Of a stretch of 64,000 nt of DNA, positions 56,766 through 64,000 are shown piece after piece. This stretch comes from Granulosicoccaceae bacterium (GTDB lineage Bacteria > Pseudomonadota > Gammaproteobacteria > CALCKW01), in the NCBI GenBank assembly GCA_033852095.1, contig JAWSVD010000029.1, forward strand, positions 6,266 through 70,265. The letters run 5' to 3'. Each line of letters begins with the position of its first letter. Position 1 is the first letter of the stretch. The notes beneath the pieces are model-generated. The model was given only the letters and a program-made list of their open reading frames with translations, did no database searches and was not told the DNA's origin. The position numbers and the translations under genes were made by a program.

Positions 56766-58064
56766 CTAGTGTTTTTCCAGCAGGGCGTAGAAAAAACCGT
56801 CCGCCCCGCCCTGGCCGGGCAGTATTTGCGCACCGTGCTCTCCCATCTGCCCCACCGGCAGCTGCGTGTCCAGCAGACGCGCGCCTTCGCAACGCTGTAA
56901 AAAAGCTTCAATCTGGCGGTCATTTTCATCGCGAAACACAGAACAAGTGGCGTAGAGCAAGCGCCCACCGGGCGCCAGTGCGGTCCACAGTGCATCCAGC
57001 AGACCGGCCTGCACAATCACCAACTGACGCACGTCCTCGCGGCGACGCAGCAATTTGATGTCCGGGTGACGCCTGATCACGCCAGAACCAGTACAAGGCG
57101 CATCCAAGAGAATGCGATCGAACAGCTGCCCATCCCACCAATCCCCAACCTGAGCAGCGTCGGCGCACTGCAATTGCGCCTTTAAGCCCATGCGGTCGAG
57201 GTTCTCCGTCACCCGCGTCAAGCGGCTGCCGCTGACATCCAGCGCCGTCAACTGCAGGTCATTGTCGGCCCACTCCAAGAGATGCGCTGTTTTGCCACCC
57301 GGCGCCGCGCAGGCATCCAATACCCGCTGCCCCGACTGTGGATCCAACAGGGCGGCCGCCAGCTGCGCGGCGCTGTCCTGCACCGACGCCTTGCCTTCGC
57401 TAAAGCCCGGTAGCAATTCCACAGGCTGGGGCTCGGCGAGCACCACATCCCAGGCACCGATGCCAGCAGTCGCGGCTATGCCCGCCAGCGCAAGCGCGGC
57501 CAGATAGTCTTCGCGACTGCCCGCGCGGCGGTTCACCCGCAGCGTCATGGGGCCACGGCCATTACCCGCTTCCAGCACCGCGTTGCGCTGTTCACCCCAA
57601 TCCTCGCGCAGCAAGCTCAACATCCACGGTGGATGTGCAAATTGAGCAGCGGGTTGTTTGTCGATTTTTTTGATGATGGCGTCGCGCTCGCGCAGGAAAC
57701 GCCGCAACACGGCGTTGATCAGCCCCCGCGCATGGCCCAGCTCCAGTGCCTTGCTGAGGTTGACGTAACTGTCGACCGCCGCGTGCGTGGGCGTGTCCAT
57801 GCACTCGATCTCCACCAGCGCGCAGATCACCACGGAGCCAATGATTTGATCTCGCGGCTTGAGCTTCTTGCTCAATAACAACTGCAGCGCCGCCTCCCAG
57901 CGGCCATGCCAACGGCAGGCCTCGTAGGTGACAGCCCGGCACCTGGCCCGCTGCGGCCCGGAGAGATCAGCTGTGGTACCGGCCAGGGCGTCATCCACCG
58001 AGCGCCCCTGCAGCACTTCGGCGTGCGCTTGCACCGCCGCCACTCTTGCACGATCAATGCTCAC
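56766..58064 (-). CDS. rsmB: 16S rRNA (cytosine967-C5)-methyltransferase RsmB/Sun
   Basis: 432 aa, NusB-like N-terminal domain and SAM MTase with catalytic Cys motifs (LDACAAPGGKT, DAPCTGSGV...PC, YATCS). Confidence 0.9.
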   Translation of the reverse strand: MSIDRARVAAVQAHAEVLQGRSVDDALAGTTADLSGPQRARCRAVTYEACRWHGRWEAALQLLLSKKLKPRDQIIGSVVICALVEIECMDTPTHAAVDSYVNLSKALELGHARGLINAVLRRFLRERDAIIKKIDKQPAAQFAHPPWMLSLLREDWGEQRNAVLEAGNGRGPMTLRVNRRAGSREDYLAALALAGIAATAGIGAWDVVLAEPQPVELLPGFSEGKASVQDSAAQLAAALLDPQSGQRVLDACAAPGGKTAHLLEWADNDLQLTALDVSGSRLTRVTENLDRMGLKAQLQCADAAQVGDWWDGQLFDRILLDAPCTGSGVIRRHPDIKLLRRREDVRQLVIVQAGLLDALWTALAPGGRLLYATCSVFRDENDRQIEAFLQRCEGARLLDTQLPVGQMGEHGAQILPGQGGADGFFYALLEKH

Positions 58065-58999
58065 GACTTGTCCTCAAAACACTTGCCCAACAACGAGCGA
58101 CCGTTGATAAAATCAGCCACTGCCATCGGTTTTTTGCCCGCCGGTTGCAGCTTTAAGAGCCGCAATACGCCGTCGCCCGTCTGTACATCCATGCCCGCCG
58201 CCGACTCCGCCAACACGGTACCAAGCGGCGCATCTTGCGTACCCGAACCCAGCTCAGCTGCCCAGATGCGAAACGTTTCACCGTCCACCTGCCCTTGTGC
58301 CACCGGCACCGGGTTAAAGGCGCGCACCCGGCAATCCAGGGCTTGTGCCGACTCGGACCAATCGAGCCAGGACTCTTGTTTGTGCAGCTTGCGCGCGTAA
58401 CAAGCGCCCGTGTCCGGCTGGGGCTCGGGCAGGCGCTGCTGCGCCAGCACATCGGGCAGTGCCGTGATCAAGGCAGCCGCACCACTGATCGCAAGCTGAT
58501 CGTGCAATAGCTGCCCCGTGGTGGCTGCGGTGATGGCCTGCGATACCCTGTGCCAGACTGGCCCGGTGTCCAGGCCCACGTCCATCTGCATGATGCACAC
58601 GCCCGTCTCTGTATCCCCTGCCTCAATCGCGCGCTGGATCGGCGCCGCGCCGCGCCAGCGCGGCAGCAGGGAGGCGTGCACATTGATGCAGCCCAAACGC
58701 GGTGCCTCGAGCGCCGCCTTGGGCAGCAATAAGCCATAGGCCACCACCACCATTAAATCGGCCTGCCAATCGCGCAGCGCCACCAGCGCCTCTTCATCAC
58801 GCAGGGAAACCGGCTGACAAACAGGCACGCCCGCTTCGAGCGCGGCGAGTTTGACTGGGCTGGGTTGCGGCTGGCGGCCGCGACCGGCGCGGCGGTCGGG
58901 CTGCGTATATACCGCTACTACTTCGTGTTCAGACTGCAACAGTGCCTGCAGGCAGCCCACGGAAAAATCCGGCGTACCGGCAAAGATAATTTTCGCCAC
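58061..58999 (-). CDS. fmt: methionyl-tRNA formyltransferase
   Basis: 312 aa, IIFAGTPDF, SLLP.WRGAAPIQ motifs. ATGA overlap with rsmB. Confidence 0.92.
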   Translation of the reverse strand: MAKIIFAGTPDFSVGCLQALLQSEHEVVAVYTQPDRRAGRGRQPQPSPVKLAALEAGVPVCQPVSLRDEEALVALRDWQADLMVVVAYGLLLPKAALEAPRLGCINVHASLLPRWRGAAPIQRAIEAGDTETGVCIMQMDVGLDTGPVWHRVSQAITAATTGQLLHDQLAISGAAALITALPDVLAQQRLPEPQPDTGACYARKLHKQESWLDWSESAQALDCRVRAFNPVPVAQGQVDGETFRIWAAELGSGTQDAPLGTVLAESAAGMDVQTGDGVLRLLKLQPAGKKPMAVADFINGRSLLGKCFEDKS

Positions 59000-59008
59000 T
59001 AAAAGGTC

Positions 59009-59515
59009 CTATTGCGCTTGTTCGCGGACGAACTTTTCCATTTTCTTGCGGATGCGGTTTTTCTTCAGCGGGCTGAGGTAGTCCACAAACATCTTGCCCT
59101 GCAAATGATCCACCTCGTGCTGAATGCACACGGCCAGCAAATCACTGGCGTCCAGGGTGTATTTTTTGCCGTAACGGTCAAAGGCTTCAACTGTGACAGT
59201 TTCGCTACGCTCGATGTTTTCGTACACGCCGGGGATAGACAGGCAGCCTTCTTGCATCTCTTCCGTACCGTCCTCTTTAAGAATGACGGGATTGATGAAG
59301 ACTTGCGGCTCGTTCTTTGCCTCAGACAGATCCATGACCACCACTTGTTGGTGCACATTGATCTGTGTGGCGGCCAAACCGATACCGGGGGCGTCGTACA
59401 TTGTTTCGAACATGTTGTCGACAAGCTGCTGCAGCGTATCGTCAAACTGCTCCACAGGGGTGGCAACCGTGCGCAGTCGCTTGTCGGGAAAGATAAGAAT
59501 ATCCAGTAGTGCCAT
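59009..59515 (-). CDS. def: peptide deformylase
   Basis: 168 aa, [17 protein letters not shown] motifs. Confidence 0.93.
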   Translation of the reverse strand: MALLDILIFPDKRLRTVATPVEQFDDTLQQLVDNMFETMYDAPGIGLAATQINVHQQVVVMDLSEAKNEPQVFINPVILKEDGTEEMQEGCLSIPGVYENIERSETVTVEAFDRYGKKYTLDASDLLAVCIQHEVDHLQGKMFVDYLSPLKKNRIRKKMEKFVREQAQ

Positions 59516-59661
59516 GAACCTACCGTTAAAGTTTTAAGTAATTTGAACGCTTCAACGGACAAGCGTAAAGCAAGCCAGACGAAGCCACGTCTATAAAAGA
59601 AGACATTGTATCGCGTGCACTTAGCTTCGCGTTAACTGATAACTAGGATTGGAACAAAGCC

Positions 59662-60921
59662 ATGGGCAATATTCAGCAGCCAGATCTGCGAAACACGCAG
59701 CGGTCAACCCGCTTTCCGAAAGCCTTGCAACCCTTAACGGTTGCCTTGCTGGTCGCCGTAGCTGTCAGTGGATGCGCGAATACCGACAAACACGTCAAGC
59801 CCTATTCGCCGCCCGCATCGGAGGCCGTGGCCCCTGCAGCGCCGGCTGCGGCCGCTGAAGTGGTCATCAGCGAGCACCGCTCGGACAGTGCGGCCATCGA
59901 GGTGCGCGCCGATCGACCGACCGAATACCAGGTGGTCAAAGGCGACACTCTGTGGGACATCGCGGGAAAATTCCTGCACGACCCCTACCAGTGGCCCAAT
60001 GTCTGGAAGCAGAACCCCCAGATAAAGAACCCGCATTTGATCTACCCCGGCGACTTAGTACGCCTCAGCGTGGTAGATGGACGGGCTGTCATCGACGTGC
60101 TGCGGCCCAACGGACAGGGCGGCTACAGCTCGATCGCCGGCGGCAAAACAGAGACGAGCAAGCGCATGCGCAATGGCCGCGAAGTGCTGAGCCCGCAGGT
60201 GCACGAGGAAGAGCTGATCCGCAGCGTCTCTTCCGAGGCCGCGGAAGCGATTCGCGATTTCACCAAATCACCGCACGTGATGGCCACTGACGAACTGCAG
60301 GACTCGGCCTACATTCTCGGCGCCACCGACGAGCGACTCGCCAGCGCCAACGGCGACGAAATCTATGCGCGCGGCTTCAAGGGCGCGCTCGCAGACACCT
60401 ACAAGGTCTTCCGCCCCAGCGAAGCACTGATCGACCCCGAGACTGGTGAAATACTGGGCTACGAAGCAAAACGCGTCGCCGATGCACGCTTGATACGCGG
60501 CGGCGACCCGGCCACTCTACGGCTGTTCAACAGCGCCCAAGAGAGCCTCGCTGGCGACCGCCTCGTGCCCAAACACGATGCGCATTTCGACCGCGTCGTG
60601 CCCTTGGCGGTCGACGCCTCGACCAGCGCCAAAGTGATCTCGCTCTACGATTCAATGTCACGCGCCGCGCAACACCAGGTCGTGGTGCTTAACAAAGGCA
60701 TCAACCAGGGCATGCAGGCCGGCTCCATGCTGGAGATCGCTTCGGGCTCAAAGGCCGTGTTCGATAAGCTCGCCAATGACGGTGACGGCGAATACGTGGA
60801 ACTGCCAGAGCGCGTCAAGGGCAACGCCATTGTCTTCCGCTCCTTCCAGAACGTCAGCTACGCGCTGATTCTGGAGACAACGTTACCGGTTCAAACCGGC
60901 GACACCCTGCGCGGTTTCTAA
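59662..60921 (+). CDS. tsaP: LysM-domain lipoprotein, TsaP-like (type IV pilus secretin-associated protein)
   Basis: 419 aa, lipoprotein signal (LLVAVAVSGC; a TTG start at 59725 is possible) and a LysM domain (YQVVKGDTLWDIAGKFL...YPGDLV). Divergent from def and next to dprA, the PA0020 (TsaP) position. Assignment is by architecture plus synteny, not by alignment. Confidence 0.6.
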   Translation: MGNIQQPDLRNTQRSTRFPKALQPLTVALLVAVAVSGCANTDKHVKPYSPPASEAVAPAAPAAAAEVVISEHRSDSAAIEVRADRPTEYQVVKGDTLWDIAGKFLHDPYQWPNVWKQNPQIKNPHLIYPGDLVRLSVVDGRAVIDVLRPNGQGGYSSIAGGKTETSKRMRNGREVLSPQVHEEELIRSVSSEAAEAIRDFTKSPHVMATDELQDSAYILGATDERLASANGDEIYARGFKGALADTYKVFRPSEALIDPETGEILGYEAKRVADARLIRGGDPATLRLFNSAQESLAGDRLVPKHDAHFDRVVPLAVDASTSAKVISLYDSMSRAAQHQVVVLNKGINQGMQAGSMLEIASGSKAVFDKLANDGDGEYVELPERVKGNAIVFRSFQNVSYALILETTLPVQTGDTLRGF

Positions 60922-61012
60922 AACCGAGCACTGCAGCCAAAGACGCCGGACTCGCCGGCGCTCTTTGCCAATGCCCAGTGGCGCGGGCAGCACCCGCCGC
61001 TATACTGGGCGC

Positions 61013-62161
61013 ATGAATTCAACTCACGCCGCACTTCTGCTCCTGCACACGCCAGGGCTCGGCCCCGCCGCCGCTCAACGCCTGCTCGCCACCTTCGGCA
61101 ATTGCCTCGCCATCGTCAACGCCAAAGACAGCGAACTGCGCACAGCCGGTCTGCAGGACAAACAGCTCTCGGCCTTTCGCCAGATCGGCGAGCACGACAT
61201 AGCCGCCGACCTCGAATGGGCCCAAAGCCCCAACAACCACCTCATCCCCTGCGACAGCCCCGCCTACCCGGCGCAACTGCTGGAGCTCAGTGACGCCCCG
61301 CCGTTGCTGTTTGTCACCGGTGACCCCGAGGTGCTCAAGGCCCCGCAAATAGCGCTGATCGGCAGCCGCAACCCCAGTGCGGGTGGCATAGAGAACGCCG
61401 AGCGATTCGCCGCCGAGCTCGCCGGGCGCGGCCTGTGCATCACCAGCGGCCTGGCCAGCGGCATTGACGCTGCCTCACACCGAGGCGCCCTGTCCGTGGA
61501 TGGCCTGAGCATCGCGGTCACCGGTACTGGCCTCGACCGCGTCTACCCCGCCGCCAACCGGGAGCTCGCCCATCAGCTCGCCGACCAGGGGGCGCTGGTG
61601 TCCGAGTTCCCGGTCGGCACGCCGCCTCGCTCGCAGAATTTCCCACGCCGCAACCGGCTGATCAGCGCCCTGAGCAGCGGCGTGCTCGTCATCGAGGCAA
61701 CGGTGCGCAGCGGCTCCTTGATCACCGCGCGGCTGGCCAGCGAACAGGGCCGCGAGGTGCTGGCGGTGCCCGGCTCCATCCACAACCCCATGGCACGCGG
61801 CTGCCACGCGCTGATTCGCCAGGGCGCCAAGTTGGTCGAAACAGCCGACGACGTGCTCGAAGAACTGGCCAGCCAGATCGACACCCGCGCCCTGTTGAGT
61901 ACCCGAGACGGCCCCACAACCACGCCGGTCGACGATCAAAGCACCGCAGCTGAAGACGCGGAAGAAGACGAGGACTATGCACATTTGATCCAATGCCTGG
62001 GCCATGACGCGGTGTCCGTGGACGCCTTGATCGAACGCACTGGCCTGTCGTCCGCCGCCCTCTCGTCGATGCTGTTGATGCTGGAGCTGACCGGCAGGGT
62101 GCACAAAGCCAGCGGCGGACGCTACGCACTCAATGCGAGCAACTCACCGCCCACAGCCTGA
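61013..62161 (+). CDS. dprA: DNA processing protein DprA (Smf)
   Basis: Start at MNSTHA. SAM-like N-terminal domain, Rossmann-like core (IAVVGSRN-like ALIGSRNPSAGG, GLASGIDAASH) and a C-terminal winged helix. Confidence 0.85.
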   Translation: MNSTHAALLLLHTPGLGPAAAQRLLATFGNCLAIVNAKDSELRTAGLQDKQLSAFRQIGEHDIAADLEWAQSPNNHLIPCDSPAYPAQLLELSDAPPLLFVTGDPEVLKAPQIALIGSRNPSAGGIENAERFAAELAGRGLCITSGLASGIDAASHRGALSVDGLSIAVTGTGLDRVYPAANRELAHQLADQGALVSEFPVGTPPRSQNFPRRNRLISALSSGVLVIEATVRSGSLITARLASEQGREVLAVPGSIHNPMARGCHALIRQGAKLVETADDVLEELASQIDTRALLSTRDGPTTTPVDDQSTAAEDAEEDEDYAHLIQCLGHDAVSVDALIERTGLSSAALSSMLLMLELTGRVHKASGGRYALNASNSPPTA

Positions 62162-62590
62162 AGCCGCAACTGAAAATGGGGTGAAATGCAGCTCGAGTAA
62201 AAGCCAAACCGTCAAACAGAGCAATAAACATTCGCCCCCTTAAAGCGCACGTCAAAACAGATTACAACAAGGCTCATATGCACAACACCTCAATAGAAAG
62301 GTAGACGCCAGCTGCTGGCGCTCGTATGCTTCATTTCGATTTAGCGGCCTTGCCTCAGCACCTGCAAGTCTTGAATTCGGCGCACTTTGGCGCCCTTTCA
62401 CTGCCCGCGTATTGATTATTTTGTTTGAATTTTCAGCATATTATTGCAATTAGATACCAATTTAAGGCGCCCAGAAAAATCGCCTGTTTTATTGACACTT
62501 GCGCATCAGACTGCTAAATGAGCCTAAGCGCTTATTTAATAAGAACACACCCGGAGCCCACAAACAGGCTCCCGAGATCACTGGTAAATC

Positions 62591-64000
62591 ATGACTAAGA
62601 GCCTGGTAATCGTCGAATCCCCGGCGAAAGGAAAAACCATAAAGAAATACCTCGGACCCGATTACGAGGTATTAGCTTCCTACGGACACGTGCGAGACCT
62701 GGTGCCCAAAGAGGGCGCCGTGGACACCGACGCCGACTTTGCGATGAAATACAGGACCATCGAAGACAAAGAGAAGCACATACAGGCGATCGCCAAGGCC
62801 CTGAAGAAGGTAGATCACCTACTGCTCGCAACTGACCCGGATCGCGAGGGTGAGGCTATCAGCTGGCACCTTGTGGAAGAACTTAAAGAGAGAAACCTGC
62901 TGGAGGGCATCAGCGCCCCCAAACGCGTGGTTTTTCATGAGATCACCAAGAGCGCAGTCAAGGATGCGGTGGATAACCCCCGCGAGATCTCCTATGACAT
63001 GGTCAACGCGCAACAGGCGCGCCGCGCCCTGGATTACCTGGTCGGCTTCAACCTCTCACCGCTGTTGTGGAAGAAGATCTCCCGCGGCCTCTCGGCCGGC
63101 CGGGTGCAGAGCCCCGCGCTGCGCTTGATCTGCGAGCGCGAGGATGAAATCTCGCGCTTTATTCCGCGCGAGTACTGGAGCATCGAAGCCCAGGTCGAAA
63201 AGGACAGCACAGCCTTCAGCGCCCGGCTCTACAAGCTCGACAACGAACGCGTGCAGCAGTTCACTGTCAGTGAAGCAGGCCACGCCGAGGCGGTGCACAA
63301 ACAACTGACCGAGGCGGCCGGCGGCACCCTGACCGTCGCCAAGGTCGAGAAGAAACAGCGCAAACGCAACCCGACCGCGCCCTTCACCACCTCAACATTG
63401 CAACAGGAAGCGGTGCGCAAGCTCGGCTTCTCCGCCAGCCGTGCCATGCGCGTCGCGCAGCAGTTGTATGAAGGAATCGCCATCGGCGGCGAGACCACCG
63501 GTTTGATCACCTACATGCGTACCGATTCGGTGAACCTCGCCCAGGAAGCCGTGACCCAGATACGTGAGTACATTGGCGAGCGCTATGGCCCGGAGAACGT
63601 GCCCGAGACGCCCAACCAGTACAAAACCAAAAGCAAAAACGCGCAAGAGGCGCACGAGGCTATTCGCCCTACCGACGTGGTGCGTAGCCCCGAGTCGATG
63701 AAAAGCTTTTTGCAGCCCGATCAGCTCAAGCTCTACACCATGATCTGGCGCCGCACCGTGGCATCTCAGATGATCCACGCCACACTCGATCAAGTATCGG
63801 TCGATTTGGCCTGTGGCGCCGGCAACAGTTTCAGAGCCAGTGGCTCCACCGTTCGCCACCTGGGTTTCATGGCTGTCTACATGGAAGACAAGGACGAGAG
63901 CGAAGGCGGTGCGGACGCCACCAAATCCAAGAAAGACGACGAGAAACGCCTGCCCGCGCTCGAAGAAGGCGAAGTGATCAAGCTCGACGACATCGTTCTG
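62591..64000 (+). CDS. topA: DNA topoisomerase I (5' part; continues beyond window)
   Basis: MTKSLVIVESPAKGKTIKKYLG...TOPRIM, catalytic region (ITYMRTDS). Aligns with E. coli TopA. No stop before the window end. Confidence 0.9.
   Translation, partial: MTKSLVIVESPAKGKTIKKYLGPDYEVLASYGHVRDLVPKEGAVDTDADFAMKYRTIEDKEKHIQAIAKALKKVDHLLLATDPDREGEAISWHLVEELKERNLLEGISAPKRVVFHEITKSAVKDAVDNPREISYDMVNAQQARRALDYLVGFNLSPLLWKKISRGLSAGRVQSPALRLICEREDEISRFIPREYWSIEAQVEKDSTAFSARLYKLDNERVQQFTVSEAGHAEAVHKQLTEAAGGTLTVAKVEKKQRKRNPTAPFTTSTLQQEAVRKLGFSASRAMRVAQQLYEGIAIGGETTGLITYMRTDSVNLAQEAVTQIREYIGERYGPENVPETPNQYKTKSKNAQEAHEAIRPTDVVRSPESMKSFLQPDQLKLYTMIWRRTVASQMIHATLDQVSVDLACGAGNSFRASGSTVRHLGFMAVYMEDKDESEGGADATKSKKDDEKRLPALEEGEVIKLDDIVL

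Overview
This window reads as core chromosome from a high-GC gammaproteobacterium; the gene neighbourhoods resemble Pseudomonas and Oceanospirillales. About 60 protein-coding genes are tightly packed, almost all recognisable housekeeping functions.

Gene content in order:
- an outer-membrane beta-barrel protein, yfhL, coaD, and rsmD divergent from ftsY-ftsE-ftsX-rpoH;
- a complete aa3-type cytochrome c oxidase and assembly cluster on the minus strand: DUF2244, coxB, coxA, a possible 34-aa ORF, ctaG, coxC, then a DUF2909 small protein, SURF1, a hypothetical, ctaA and ctaB;
- plsY convergent with tsaD;
- rpsU-yqeY, followed unusually by gltD-hemE;
- mrcA (PBP1A) divergent from pilMNOPQ-aroK-aroB, an AAA+SPOR (DamX/PA5037-like) gene and gltB;
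- an SDR, a dGTPase-like gene, a TPP enzyme and a GNAT;
- dnaG followed by rsmE rather than rpoD, then a hypothetical and fpr;
- a long minus-strand block def-fmt-rsmB-DUF4390-ntrY-ntrX-trkA-trkH-methyltransferase-lpxL;
- a tsaP-like LysM gene, dprA, and the 5' part of topA.

No rRNA, tRNA, CRISPR, integrase, transposase or prophage genes were seen, and I found no convincing candidate for a novel multi-gene system.

The structures the gene calls do not explain are:
- a 2 x 210-bp tandem array built of inverted REP-like elements (plsY/tsaD gap), with the same REP family behind rpoH;
- a 430-bp unassigned non-coding stretch where senC/SCO1 would be expected next to ctaB;
- several synteny breaks: gltB and gltD are separated by about 13 kb, and the rpsU-dnaG-rpoD operon is split;
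- a G10 homopolymer tract;
- a possible 34-aa membrane ORF in the cox operon;
- divergent start codons overlapping in a CATG (SURF1/DUF2909).

All protein identifications rest on my recognition of the translated ORFs. No database search was possible.
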